From: an uncultured Gammaproteobacteria bacterium
Lineage (GTDB): Bacteria; Patescibacteriota; Microgenomatia; Woykebacterales; RBG-16-39-9b
NCBI GenBank assembly: GCA_964349395.1
Contig: CAYGGA010000005.1
Location: 1 to 57,797, forward strand
Direction: 5' to 3'
Length of the DNA: 57,797 nucleotides
Shown: positions 48,538-57,797 of the stretch, piece after piece
Layout: every line of letters begins with the position of its first letter
How positions within the stretch are numbered: position 1 is the stretch's first letter
Program-made: the position numbers and the translations under genes
Notes under the pieces: model-generated
What the model saw: only the letters and a program-made list of their open reading frames with translations
What the model was told of the DNA's origin: nothing
The model's database searches: none

Positions 48538-49689
48538 GTGAACAAGGTCCCGATAGTTTTGGGACTCTTCTTAATCGCATCCTTCTATTCCCCTGCTCGG
48601 GCGGTATCTTCTGTGGTTATCAATGAGCTTCTGCCTCAACCAACAAGTGGGGAAGATGACTGGATCGAGCTTTTCAACCCTGGAAGTGAAACCATTGCTT
48701 TAGAGGGTTGGAAGCTCACAGATAAGGGCACAGTTACCCCCATAAAAGTATTTGGCGCTACGGACCAGATTTCTCCCGGTGAGTTTCTAGTCATTGATGT
48801 TTCCAATAGGTTAAATAATTCTACTGCTGAGGAAGTAAGCCTACTAAAAAACGACGGTAGCCTGACTGACTCCTACAGCTACCCCACCTCTGCTCTAGGT
48901 ACTTCTTTTGGCCGTACTCCTGACGCGGGTAGCACATGGGTGTCTTTTCCCGCTCCATCTAAAGGCAGCACCAATGGCTCTGGTAACCCTGTTAACACGC
49001 CCTCCCCTACTGTTTCCACCTCCGGGCTGTCTTTATCAGAATTTTACCCTCACCCACACTCTGGTGAGCAAGAATGGGTCGAGATCTACAACGACAATGT
49101 AACGACTTTGAGTCTTAATGGCTTCAAGATTGATGACAGCGAGGGCGGATCGCTGGCTAGCACGTTGGTTGATGAAACCATTCCCCCCAAAGGCTACTTC
49201 TATATCCAATTTGACTCTAAACTAAATAATGGCGGGGACACTGTTCGCTTTTTAAGCCCAGAAGGAAGTTTGATTGACTCCTTTACTTATTCTCAATCTA
49301 CCCAAGGCAATTCTTGGGCCAAAAAATCTAGTGGGTGGGAAGAAACTATCACCCCCACCAGGGGTCAGGCCAACTTGTTTTCTCAAACACTAGCGTCAAC
49401 TTCTACCCCAACGCCAACCAAAAAGGCAGTGACTGAATCTCCCAAGAAACCTACCAGCTCCCCAACTCTGTCCAAAGACATTAAGACTCAAGTCTTAGGA
49501 GAGGAAACTGCTACCTCTTCCCCCACCACTGCTACCAATAAAATCAAACTTAGTTTTGAGGATGATGAAAAAGACACTAAGGTTTTAGGAGAAAGTACTA
49601 ATAACTATTTGTCCTGGGGATTGATTCTTTTGGGGTTGATTGTCGTGGCCTTACCAATTATCATTGTTATTAGGAAAAAACGTGGTTAA
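48538..49689 (+). CDS. Surface protein with two lamin-tail (LTD) domains and a C-terminal TM anchor
   Basis: 'VVINELLPQP....DWIELFN' and 'LSEFYPHP....EWVEIYN', two LNN motifs, S/T/P-rich linker, TM plus RKKR. Confidence 0.85.
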   Translation: MNKVPIVLGLFLIASFYSPARAVSSVVINELLPQPTSGEDDWIELFNPGSETIALEGWKLTDKGTVTPIKVFGATDQISPGEFLVIDVSNRLNNSTAEEVSLLKNDGSLTDSYSYPTSALGTSFGRTPDAGSTWVSFPAPSKGSTNGSGNPVNTPSPTVSTSGLSLSEFYPHPHSGEQEWVEIYNDNVTTLSLNGFKIDDSEGGSLASTLVDETIPPKGYFYIQFDSKLNNGGDTVRFLSPEGSLIDSFTYSQSTQGNSWAKKSSGWEETITPTRGQANLFSQTLASTSTPTPTKKAVTESPKKPTSSPTLSKDIKTQVLGEETATSSPTTATNKIKLSFEDDEKDTKVLGESTNNYLSWGLILLGLIVVALPIIIVIRKKRG

Positions 49690-50053
49690 AAAAATTCTTC
49701 TCTGGGTGCCCCCAGTTTTATGGGCCTCTTTTATTTTTTATCTCTCCTCTTTACCAAATTTGGAGTTAACTGCTGATCCTCTTTGGAATCTCATTACCCG
49801 CAAGTTAGCTCACATGCTTATGTTTGGAGTTTTGGCAATTCTAGTTTATATTGCCTTGGGTTTTAAAACGATTCTGCATGCTTTTCTTTTAGCCTCTTTA
49901 TACGCGGGGTTAGATGAGTTTCATCAAACTTTTGTTCCCACCCGTCAGGGTGTACTCACGGATATAATTATTGATTCTCTCGGAGCTTTAGTAGGATTAT
50001 TAATATGGAAAAGACTATTACCACCAAAACTAGCGAAGAAACTAAAAAAGTAG
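49682..50053 (+). CDS. VanZ family membrane protein
   Basis: IFYLSS.P, RKLAH, YAGLDEFHQTFVPTR.G..TD..ID. Confidence 0.88.
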   Translation: MVKKILLWVPPVLWASFIFYLSSLPNLELTADPLWNLITRKLAHMLMFGVLAILVYIALGFKTILHAFLLASLYAGLDEFHQTFVPTRQGVLTDIIIDSLGALVGLLIWKRLLPPKLAKKLKK

Positions 50054-50430
50054 CCCAGGATTTAGTTAAAAGACTCACTTTTCCCTCTGTTTTAGCTCTC
50101 TATGGGGATTTGGGCAGCGGTAAAACTACTTTTGTTCAGGGGTTAGCACGTGGTCTGGGGATAGATAATCATCTGGTCTCCCCAACCTTTATAATCCACC
50201 GAGTGTACCCTCTGGAAAGTAAGAAATTTCATCATTTGGATCTTTATCGATTAGAAAAGGGCGCCAATTTCGATTTCCTCGATTTGGGTGATCTTTTTAA
50301 AGATCCTGATAATTTGGTGGTCATTGAGTGGGCTGAGAAGATAGACAACCATTTACCAAAAGAGGCTATTAAAATAAAGTTTGAATATGTGGATGAGGAG
50401 ACAAGAAAGATTAGTGGGCTAGACTTTTGA
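50005..50430 (+). CDS. tsaE: tRNA threonylcarbamoyladenosine biosynthesis ATPase TsaE
   Basis: GDLGSGKTTF, SPTF, HLDLYRL, IEWAE. Confidence 0.95.
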   Translation: MEKTITTKTSEETKKVAQDLVKRLTFPSVLALYGDLGSGKTTFVQGLARGLGIDNHLVSPTFIIHRVYPLESKKFHHLDLYRLEKGANFDFLDLGDLFKDPDNLVVIEWAEKIDNHLPKEAIKIKFEYVDEETRKISGLDF

Positions 50431-51466
50431 GATAGTCAGAGGCTTGAATGAGCCATTCTTTGCCCTCAGTTGTTAAAGTTGATTTTTCTACCTCTTTGAT
50501 AGCTTCTAGACTAAGTTGGTCAACAAGTTTCTGACTTTCTTCCAAAGCCCCCACTTTTTTGATGACATCTCGGGCGTCTTGGATTTCTTTTTCTGTCGCT
50601 TGGGGATTCCCTAAAACTTTTACTAACACTTTAGCTTCCCCTACACTAGCACGTTTTTGGGCAGAAAATATCAACAAAGTCTTCTTACCTTCTATTAAAT
50701 CAGAACTCACACTTTTACCCAATTTCTTTTCTTCCCCAAAAATCCCCTGGATATCATCTTGGATTTGGAAAACTTGACCCACACGGGAACCATAGGCTTC
50801 CAAAGTCTTTATTTGCTCGCTTGTGGCTCTACCAAACGAAGCCCCGATTTGAAGTGGTCTTTGAACTGTGTACTTGGCTGTTTTGTACTCTAAGACACTT
50901 CTGATATCTGCTTCTAACGCGGTGTCTTTAAAAGAAAAAAGAACATCTAAATACTCTCCATGCATGACTTCAAATTTAACCGCTTCCCAATATTTTCTTA
51001 CCTCTTCAGAGCTGTTGTACTGATCAAAGACACTGTCTGCTAGTGAGTAGGCTAAATCTCCGGCTAAAATGGCCGTGGAAATACCAAAATGATCCTTGTC
51101 TCCTTTTAAACCAAGTACTCTGAACTGATCTTTCCAATAGATATGGGAAGTTTTTTCCCCCCGACGGGTGAGAGAGCGATCAATAATATCATCATGAATC
51201 AAGGCCCAGGTATGCAGCAGCTCCACACTGCAGGCCAGATCAAAGATAGTTTCCTTTTTGCCTCCCACACTTAGGTAACCTGCATAGACAAAGGCTGGTC
51301 GGACTCTTTTACCCCCAAGATTTATAAACCTCTTTACCTCTTCTACCAAAATTCCAGCTTGGGGATGAAGTTTTTTAGCCTCCTTAAGTTTGTGGTCTAA
51401 AAAAGCATTAAGCCTAGGATTTATCTCATTATTTATAAATTGGAGTTTCTCTTGGATTGTCACCAT
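50411..51466 (-). CDS. Polyprenyl diphosphate synthase (GGPP synthase type)
   Basis: GGKRVRP, LIHDDIID.S..RRG, KTA.YT, FQIQDD, D..EGK.T. Confidence 0.93.
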   Translation of the reverse strand: MVTIQEKLQFINNEINPRLNAFLDHKLKEAKKLHPQAGILVEEVKRFINLGGKRVRPAFVYAGYLSVGGKKETIFDLACSVELLHTWALIHDDIIDRSLTRRGEKTSHIYWKDQFRVLGLKGDKDHFGISTAILAGDLAYSLADSVFDQYNSSEEVRKYWEAVKFEVMHGEYLDVLFSFKDTALEADIRSVLEYKTAKYTVQRPLQIGASFGRATSEQIKTLEAYGSRVGQVFQIQDDIQGIFGEEKKLGKSVSSDLIEGKKTLLIFSAQKRASVGEAKVLVKVLGNPQATEKEIQDARDVIKKVGALEESQKLVDQLSLEAIKEVEKSTLTTEGKEWLIQASDYLKSLAH

Positions 51467-51530
51467 TTAGAGATATTAATCAATCTGTACTCTTGTTGCA
51501 ACAAGTGGGGGCTGCTAGAATATATTTTTA

Positions 51531-52217
51531 ATGACTTCCTCAACCAATTTTGTCGTATCCCTAGGCGGGTCATTGATCGTCCCGGAAGAAATTGATGTTT
51601 CCTTTCTGCAAAATTTCCGTCAAATCATCCTAAAACATCTCGCTTACGAAAAAGGTTTCTATATTATCGCCGGTGGTGGTAAAACTGCCCGCAAATACCA
51701 AAAAGCAGCGGCAGAGATCACGGCTCTCACTAGAGAAGATTTAGATTGGCTGGGGATTCACGCCACCCACTTGAATGCCCATTTGATCAGGACTATTTTT
51801 AGAGAAGTAGCCCATCCCAAAATTATTACCAATATTAAAGTGAAAGAAAATGTTAGTGAAAAAGTAGTAGTGGGTGCTGGTTGGAGACCAGGCTGGTCGA
51901 CTGACTACATCAGCGTCCATTTTGCTAAAAATTATCACGTCAGTACCGTGGTAAACCTTTCCAACATTGATTTTGTTTATGATAAAGATCCCAGTAAATT
52001 TAAAGACGCCCAACCAATAAAAGAAATTTCCTGGACAGACTACCGTAAAATTGTGGGAGAAGTCTGGGATCCAGGCCTCAATGTTCCTTTTGACCCCATT
52101 GCTAGTCGCCTAGCCCATGAAAATGGTGTTCAGGTAGTAGTCATGAATGGACATAAGCTGGAGAATTTTGAAAATTTCCTGACTGGGCGAACTTTCCAAG
52201 GCACAATCATTAGCTAA
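51531..52217 (+). CDS. pyrH: UMP kinase (archaeal-type)
   Basis: SLGGS, GGGKTARKY, D..GI..T..NA, PGWSTD, VYDKDP, FDP.A, GT.I. Confidence 0.9.
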   Translation: MTSSTNFVVSLGGSLIVPEEIDVSFLQNFRQIILKHLAYEKGFYIIAGGGKTARKYQKAAAEITALTREDLDWLGIHATHLNAHLIRTIFREVAHPKIITNIKVKENVSEKVVVGAGWRPGWSTDYISVHFAKNYHVSTVVNLSNIDFVYDKDPSKFKDAQPIKEISWTDYRKIVGEVWDPGLNVPFDPIASRLAHENGVQVVVMNGHKLENFENFLTGRTFQGTIIS

Positions 52218-52263
52218 AAATCCTTACCCCGCCAACAATTTTCCTCAAGCAGGGGAGGCCTTA

Positions 52264-52308
52264 GCCGAGCTATACTCGGCGCAGGGTCTTTTGCTACGCA
52301 AAAGCCCT
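52264..52308. repeat. Two short intergenic palindromes (REP-like)
   Basis: GCCGAG-CTATA-CTCGGC and AGGG(T)CTTTTGC-TAC-GCAAAAGCCCT. Confidence 0.5.
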
Positions 52309-52349
52309 ATAGTTTACAATATTCTACATTTATGCTATGATATTACGGT

Positions 52350-52847
52350 ATGAAAATTTATATTAGTTCTGGGGTTGGTAGTGGGAATAATACGCTCTCT
52401 GCCTTTGATGCTGCTTTAAAAGCAGCTAATATTCACAACTACAATTTAATTAAACTATCCTCGGTTATTCCGTCAGGTACGGAAGTAGTACAAAAGAAAT
52501 GGCCAAACACTGAAGAAGAACACGGTAATAGGCTTTATGTTGTTTTGGCAGAGATCCGTACTGATTTGATAAACCACTCCATTGCCGCGGGAATTGGTTG
52601 GTTTCAACTTCCTGATGGACGGGGTATCTTTGTAGAACATCATGACATGATTGAATCTCTCAACGCCAAAGAAGCTGAGGCCAATGTGGCTAAAAAAATC
52701 GAAACTACATTGCAAGATATGTGTGAAAGTCGGGGTTGGTCCTTTAAGAAAAAGGATTTCCATACTCTCGTTGTTTCTACAAGTGTTAAAAGCAAACCGC
52801 GCTGTGTTTTAGTCTCCGCCGCTTATAAATCTTCCCCTTTTGAATAG
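52350..52847 (+). CDS. Pyruvoyl-dependent arginine decarboxylase
   Basis: 'LSAFDAAL..ANIHNYNLIKLSSVIP' (Ser-Ser self-cleavage site), AAGIGW, G.FVEH. Confidence 0.9.
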   Translation: MKIYISSGVGSGNNTLSAFDAALKAANIHNYNLIKLSSVIPSGTEVVQKKWPNTEEEHGNRLYVVLAEIRTDLINHSIAAGIGWFQLPDGRGIFVEHHDMIESLNAKEAEANVAKKIETTLQDMCESRGWSFKKKDFHTLVVSTSVKSKPRCVLVSAAYKSSPFE

Positions 52848-52874
52848 TAAAGTTTAAGTTTCAAATACTATGGG

Positions 52875-52904
52875 TTGACTATCTGTTCCTCTCTATGTTA
52901 TAGT
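52875..52904 (+). promoter_or_regulatory. Sigma70-type promoter, extended -10
   Basis: TTGACT-18 nt (ending TGT)-TATAGT. Confidence 0.6.
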
Positions 52905-52933
52905 CTAAATAATAACTTAGGAGAGGTATTGAA

Positions 52934-53455
52934 GTGACACAGGTTTCTACCTCAGGGGTAAACCTCAAAACCAAACTGTTCAAAGCTGGTCTTTGGGCGG
53001 CCCTGATCAGCTTCTTGCTCGTCTTTGGCGACGAGATAGTTCTGGCAGGACCGATTATCCTCTTGACCTGGTGGTTGGGCATGGTTATGGGCGGAGTTGT
53101 CTTCACCCTAATCTGGTTCACTCTCGGGATAGGGGCATTAGAACTCGTCACCCGAAAGAGGTGGTTCACAAGCTTTTTCGAAACCTCACCGTTCACCAAA
53201 ATGAACCTTGAAGGAGAGAAGCTCAAATGGCGTGATCGACTAGTCTATTGGGCAGCGAATCTCACCCGTGCATTTGGGGGATTGGTCGCAGCCGTCGTTC
53301 TTGGACCTGTGCTTGGGTGGCCCGCCTTCAAATGGCTAGGGTATCAAAAGCGTGGGGTCTATCTCTGGACTGGTTTGGCTGCTCCGATCTTTGCCTTAGT
53401 GTGGGTGACCTTTTACGGTGGGATCTGGAACTTCGGCATTCTGAAACTTTTCTAA
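52934..53455 (+). CDS. Hypothetical multi-TM membrane protein
   Basis: AGGAGAGG SD, GTG start, about 4-5 hydrophobic segments. Confidence 0.7.
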   Translation: MTQVSTSGVNLKTKLFKAGLWAALISFLLVFGDEIVLAGPIILLTWWLGMVMGGVVFTLIWFTLGIGALELVTRKRWFTSFFETSPFTKMNLEGEKLKWRDRLVYWAANLTRAFGGLVAAVVLGPVLGWPAFKWLGYQKRGVYLWTGLAAPIFALVWVTFYGGIWNFGILKLF

Positions 53456-53466
53456 GGAGGAGAGAG

Positions 53467-54015
53467 ATGGTAATGATGACCGGGAACCGGATCGAAGTCG
53501 AAACAACAGGCTGGCTCAATACGGAGGATAGGATCCCGATAATGGATGATTATGAAGAAGCGTTTCAAAAGAACGCTCATTTCAATCCTTGTCGGCAGTA
53601 CTACCACCGTAAAGAATTAAGGGCAGCACTGGTAAATCACTGCTACCAAAAGATCATCGGTCGACTAAACGGCGAGGTCGTTTTCTTGGTTTTGGCAACT
53701 CGAGAATTTGGTGAACTCACCTGGATTGAGCCCGCCTTCTACGATCATCACTGGCCTGAGCTCAAAAACCATCGGATGTACATCTCCGCAATCTACATCC
53801 GACAGGATAAGAAGGGTAGCCTGAGTCTCTTTCGCCGTCTGATCAAGTCCATCACCGACTACATGACGGCGAACCAAATCAAAGCAGTCTTCTACGATCA
53901 TGGTGGCAGTGGGCCAATACAAAGCCTGACTAACGCCGTGGGAATGATCACTGGAGCTAGAGTCCTACAACCAAGCGGAGCCCAAGTCTATGGAGGTTTT
54001 TTGTACGAGCCTTGA
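53467..54015 (+). CDS. Putative GNAT-fold protein
   Basis: AAGGAGG SD; 'YISAIYIRQDKKG...LFRRLI' resembles GNAT motif A; 'WIEPAFY', 'VFYD'. Confidence 0.55.
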   Translation: MVMMTGNRIEVETTGWLNTEDRIPIMDDYEEAFQKNAHFNPCRQYYHRKELRAALVNHCYQKIIGRLNGEVVFLVLATREFGELTWIEPAFYDHHWPELKNHRMYISAIYIRQDKKGSLSLFRRLIKSITDYMTANQIKAVFYDHGGSGPIQSLTNAVGMITGARVLQPSGAQVYGGFLYEP

Positions 54016-54026
54016 TAGACACCACC

Positions 54027-54062
54027 CGAGGGTAAAAGACAACTTTTACCCTCGTTTCTTTT
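54027..54062 (+). terminator. Intrinsic terminator
   Basis: CGAGGGTAAAAG-ACAA-CTTTTACCCTCG followed by TTTCTTTT. Confidence 0.9.
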
Positions 54063-54107
54063 CCCCATTATTTGATAAACAAACTAGAATTAGATAAGCT
54101 AGAAGTA

Positions 54108-56435
54108 ATGTCCCTAAACAATCTTGCTTCCCTAGTAACAGTTGTTATCTCTCTGCTTTTGGGTATTTACATTATTTACAACAATCCACGAAGCAAGGTA
54201 AACCTTTCCTTCGCCGTTTCAACCTTCTGTGTCACTGGTTGGATCCTAGTAAATTATTTGGCTGATACTGCTAAAACCCCTGGATTAGCCTTGATTTGGG
54301 CTCGGTTGGCGCTAGTGACCCCAATACTAATACCAATCAGCCTACTGTATTTTTCCAGGGTCTTTCCGGTTCAATCAAAACCAATTAAACCTTTATGGTG
54401 GGTACTTTTGAGCATCCCAGCGGTTGTCTTTCTAACACTTGTACCTACAAGCCTCAACATTGAGACAGTCAGCTTTACCGATGTTGGTCAGGAAACAGTA
54501 GTGGGTCCGTTGTATATACCATTTGGAATTTATTTTGTAATCTATATTTTAGGCACATTGTACAATCTCTATTCTTCGTACCGCCGTCAAGGCAGTTTGT
54601 ACCGTAACCAGATTTTCTACCTTTTTTTTGGTTTGGCTTTATTTTTCTTATTCTCCTTTATCACCCAAATAATCTTACCTCTAATTGGCTTTTCTACCCT
54701 AGTAAGTACGGGGCCGGTATCTTCACTTATTTTTCTTTTCGCAGTCAGCTACGCCATCGTCAGACATAGATTACTCGACATCCGCCTCGTTATCGCCCGT
54801 TCTTTGGCCTATACCCTTTTGGTTATTATCGTTGGGGTAATTTATACTGCCGGAACATTTACCTTCAGCAACCTATTACTTAAAGAGGCTTATCAACCCA
54901 ATCAGTTAATAATTTCCACTGTTTTAACATTAATAGTTGCCTTCACTTTTCAACCACTACGTCGCTACTTGGAAAAAGCGACTGATAAAATCTTCTTCAA
55001 AAATCCTTATGACTCTGGTAATCTGCTCTCCGAGCTCACTCACATCATGTCCAGAACCTTGCTTCTTGACCAACTGTCGCTGCTGTTATTACACAAACTT
55101 TCTCAAAGTATGAAAATTTCAAGAGGTTCTTTCGTACTCCTAAATGAGGGTAAAATCTTTGCTCTTGAATCCTTGGGCTTCACCCCCAAGCTTAAATTAA
55201 CTGATAAAGAAGTGTTTGCCCTCCAAGCTCCCAATAAAACTTTAATTCTTGAAAATATGGAAGAGGGTTCAGCTAAGGAAACCATGCGGGCACTAAAAAT
55301 CACAATGTCCATCCCTCTCAAAACAGGTACTGAAGAGGTTGGTCTACTGCTGCTTGGGGAGAAATCGTCGGGGGACGCCTATTCAAGCCAGGATCTTAAG
55401 GTTTTAGACATTCTTGCTCCTGAAGTAAGCGTAGCTATTCAAAACGCTAAATCCTATGAAGAGATCAGAAGATTTAATATCACCTTGAAAGAAGAGGTGG
55501 ATAGGGCTACTAAAGAATTAAAGGTTGCCAATGAAAGGCTTAGAGAGCTCGACAAACTCAAAGATGAGTTTATCTCCGTGACCTCTCATGATTTACGCAC
55601 TCCTCTCACGGCCATTAAAAGCTACTTATGGCTGGCTTTGCATGGTAAAGCTGGGAAAATCAATGAAAAGATGGATTTCTATCTGGGCCGCAGTTACCAA
55701 AGTGCCGAAAGAATGCTCGCCCTCATTGGTGATCTGCTTGATGTCTCTCGCATTGAGAGAGGAAAGATTGAGCTGCATCTAGAACCAGCTGATCTTGGCA
55801 AAGTTTTGGAGATGGTCTTAGATGAGCTCCAGTCCAAAGCGATTGAAGGCGATATCAAGCTCAGTCTGACTATGCCCAAAACTCCTCTTCCTGAAGTCAT
55901 GCTGGATCAAGAAAGATTTCCAGAAATCATCACCAATCTAGTGGGTAATGCTCTTAAATTTACTCCCAAAAAAGGCAGTGTTACTGTGACTGCTATTCAG
56001 AGTAAAGACATGGTGGAAGTCTCTGTTACTGACTCAGGAGTGGGGATTGGCAAAGAAGACATGCCCAAACTTTTTTCCAAGTTTGGTAGACTTGATAATT
56101 CCTACAAAGCTATTGCCACGACTGGTGGGACGGGATTAGGATTGTATATCACCAAAAATTTAGTGCAGTTGCATGGCGGAGACATCACTGTCTTGTCCCA
56201 GCTAGGTAAAGGGACAACTTTTACTTTCTCTCTGAAAGTGGCTACTGAAATGGAGAAAAAACAAAAGAAATATATCCCAGCTCCCCAAGGAGTAATTATT
56301 AACCCCGAACTCATGGGTCAATTCAGGACCCCGGATGTCATTGCGAGCAACGCGAAGCAATCTCAACCTAAGGGGATTGCCACGTCGCCTGCGGCTCCTC
56401 GCAATGACAAAAAGGAAAATGCGAATTTTAATTGA
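54108..56435 (+). CDS. Sensor histidine kinase: N-terminal 7TM-type region, GAF, HisKA and HATPase
   Basis: 'YAIVRHRLLDI', 'LGEKSSGDAYS.QD...L', 'SHDLRTPL', 'NLVGNALKFT', 'DSGVGI', 'GTGLGL'. Confidence 0.93.
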   Translation: MSLNNLASLVTVVISLLLGIYIIYNNPRSKVNLSFAVSTFCVTGWILVNYLADTAKTPGLALIWARLALVTPILIPISLLYFSRVFPVQSKPIKPLWWVLLSIPAVVFLTLVPTSLNIETVSFTDVGQETVVGPLYIPFGIYFVIYILGTLYNLYSSYRRQGSLYRNQIFYLFFGLALFFLFSFITQIILPLIGFSTLVSTGPVSSLIFLFAVSYAIVRHRLLDIRLVIARSLAYTLLVIIVGVIYTAGTFTFSNLLLKEAYQPNQLIISTVLTLIVAFTFQPLRRYLEKATDKIFFKNPYDSGNLLSELTHIMSRTLLLDQLSLLLLHKLSQSMKISRGSFVLLNEGKIFALESLGFTPKLKLTDKEVFALQAPNKTLILENMEEGSAKETMRALKITMSIPLKTGTEEVGLLLLGEKSSGDAYSSQDLKVLDILAPEVSVAIQNAKSYEEIRRFNITLKEEVDRATKELKVANERLRELDKLKDEFISVTSHDLRTPLTAIKSYLWLALHGKAGKINEKMDFYLGRSYQSAERMLALIGDLLDVSRIERGKIELHLEPADLGKVLEMVLDELQSKAIEGDIKLSLTMPKTPLPEVMLDQERFPEIITNLVGNALKFTPKKGSVTVTAIQSKDMVEVSVTDSGVGIGKEDMPKLFSKFGRLDNSYKAIATTGGTGLGLYITKNLVQLHGGDITVLSQLGKGTTFTFSLKVATEMEKKQKKYIPAPQGVIINPELMGQFRTPDVIASNAKQSQPKGIATSPAAPRNDKKENANFN
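56336..56409. repeat. REP/RPE-like palindromic element inside the 3' end of the kinase gene
   Basis: Perfect 12-bp terminal inverted repeat TGTCATTGCGAG/CTCGCAATGACA with an inner GCAATC/GATTGC stem. Confidence 0.85.
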
Positions 56436-56685
56436 CACCACTATTTCTAAGCAAGCAACTGTTTCTTTTTTTAAAGGCAATAAACCAATTATGCAGAAGA
56501 TTGGTACTGACGCTTTGACTCTAATCTCTGAGATTTTGGAAGAACAAAAGCTTACTTGGGAAGAAGTAGATTTTGAGTTAAGGGATGAAAAGGGAAGTTA
56601 TACTGGTTTAAAAGTAGGGGCTACTTTAGTGAACACTTTAAATTTTCTCAAAGGTCAGGACAAATTAGTAATTCCTGAGTATTAG
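56419..56685 (+). CDS. tsaB: Short TsaB-like protein
   Basis: MRILIDTT, 'L..I..IL', 'GSYTGLKVG....N.L', 'IPEY'; only the N-terminal half of canonical TsaB. Confidence 0.7.
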   Translation: MRILIDTTISKQATVSFFKGNKPIMQKIGTDALTLISEILEEQKLTWEEVDFELRDEKGSYTGLKVGATLVNTLNFLKGQDKLVIPEY

Positions 56686-57506
56686 TACCCTATCAAGGAA
56701 AGGATGATGATCACGGCCCCAACTATAATTCGGTATTTTACAAAAACATCAAAACTGTGAGTCTTGATGTAGTTTAGTAAGAACTTAATCACCAAGTAAC
56801 CAGACACCGCGGAGACTAAAAAGCCCACCAAAAAAACTCCAGCTTGATCACTAAGACCCATCTGCACCAAATCTTTCAACTTAATTATTCCTACTCCCAC
56901 TATCGCTGGGGTAGATAGTAGAAAAGAAAATCTGACTGCAGTTTCTTTGTCAAAACCCAGAAGCAATGCCCCAGTGATGGTGCTGCCACTTCTGGATACC
57001 CCAGGAATCAAAGACAAAGCTTGCCACAAACCCACCACTAGACTGTCTCTAAAGCGGGTCTGATCCAAACTTCTGGTCCCTTTACCAATCTTGGACGCAT
57101 ACCTTAGTATAAAAGCAAATACCACTAGCATCACCCCCACTACAAGTGGTTGTCGGACGCTTTTTTCTACAAATTCCTGAAAAGAGATACCAAAGAAAGC
57201 CGCTGGCAAAGAACCAATCACTAAGATTAAGAACATTTTGGAGTCTTTGTCTTTTAGCAGTCTTCTTTCTGTGCTTAAGATTTGATTTAAAAACGCCGTG
57301 CCGATGCGCCACCAATCTTTCCAAAAGAAGATGAGTAGTGCTACGGTGGTTCCCAAATGCAAACCAATATCAAAAAGTAAATTGTTTTGAAACTCGTCCC
57401 AGTGGAGTAAATAAGGTACTATTATCAAATGTCCTGAAGATGAAATGGGTAAAAACTCACTTAATCCCTGCACCAAACCTAATATGGCAGCTTGCATTAA
57501 TTCCAC
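56682..57506 (-). CDS. uppP: Undecaprenyl-diphosphate phosphatase
   Basis: GLVQGLSEFLPISSSGHL, HLGT, Q.LSLIPGVSRSGSTI, FSFLLS.P, YRI. Confidence 0.96.
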   Translation of the reverse strand: MELMQAAILGLVQGLSEFLPISSSGHLIIVPYLLHWDEFQNNLLFDIGLHLGTTVALLIFFWKDWWRIGTAFLNQILSTERRLLKDKDSKMFLILVIGSLPAAFFGISFQEFVEKSVRQPLVVGVMLVVFAFILRYASKIGKGTRSLDQTRFRDSLVVGLWQALSLIPGVSRSGSTITGALLLGFDKETAVRFSFLLSTPAIVGVGIIKLKDLVQMGLSDQAGVFLVGFLVSAVSGYLVIKFLLNYIKTHSFDVFVKYRIIVGAVIIILSLIGY

Positions 57507-57797
57507 TTAGATTCCTCCGACAAAAATATAGTTCTTGCTAAAAAACTGACTAGGTACTTCTACTACTTTAGTAGTTTTAAACAGTTTTGAAAATAGTTTT
57601 AAGAATTTCTTATACTCTTTCTCCCCAGCACTAAATAAATCCAGTCTCTCTAGTCTAGAGCCGCGCTCATAAATCCTATTGACTGACACTTGACCGCCTG
57701 CATTTAATATTTTTTTAACCCTTTGGTAAAACGCCTCAGAATCAATCTCCTCTGGGGTCTTGGAACCAATGTATAAATCTACACAAATATAATCATA
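57507..57797 (-). CDS. C-terminal part of a spermidine-synthase-like SAM-binding protein (runs off the window)
   Basis: The frame is open to the window end: YDYICVDLYIG...EAFYQRVKKILNAGGQVSVN. Confidence 0.65.
   Translation of the reverse strand, partial: YDYICVDLYIGSKTPEEIDSEAFYQRVKKILNAGGQVSVNRIYERGSRLERLDLFSAGEKEYKKFLKLFSKLFKTTKVVEVPSQFFSKNYIFVGGI

Noticed and set aside
53248..53466. Long N-terminus of the GNAT-like ORF
   Set aside because: It overlaps the upstream membrane gene; a strong SD places the start at 53467.
56335..56418. N-terminal extension of TsaB in the ORF track
   Set aside because: It is a translation of the palindromic element. The ATG at 56419 after AAGGA fits the family start.

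Overview
AT-rich bacterial chromosome segment using genetic code 11 (intact RF2 gene; TGA used as stop). Gene content and style suggest a Patescibacteria/CPR genome, probably Microgenomates-like; this is inference. The window holds a large surface-glycosylation region at 1-18.9 kb (YfhO and ArnT-type GT-C transferases, ugd, glmS-yvcK, galE, dTDP-rhamnose and GDP-rhamnose genes, DPM-like GT2s), then a PurF homologue, secA and a GC-richer orphan-gene array (24.2-26.45 kb). These are followed by gpmA, DedA, copper proteins, a heptose-nucleotide cluster (30-36.8 kb), prfB-ftsEX-M23, tsaE, pyrH, arginine decarboxylase, a GNAT/membrane pair next to a 7TM-GAF histidine kinase, tsaB and uppP. I saw no tRNA, rRNA, CRISPR array or transposase. 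Most notable: (1) three unrelated orphan genes separated by a conserved multi-hairpin repeat, behind a consensus promoter and a terminator/antiterminator leader; (2) a transaldolase fused to a heptose-7-phosphate kinase in a heptose-to-lipid-carrier-to-GT-C pathway; (3) a PurF homologue that keeps Cys1 and the Fe-S cysteines but has altered substrate-binding motifs; (4) a circularly permuted M23 peptidase after ftsEX. All calls come from reading motifs by eye; no searches were run.
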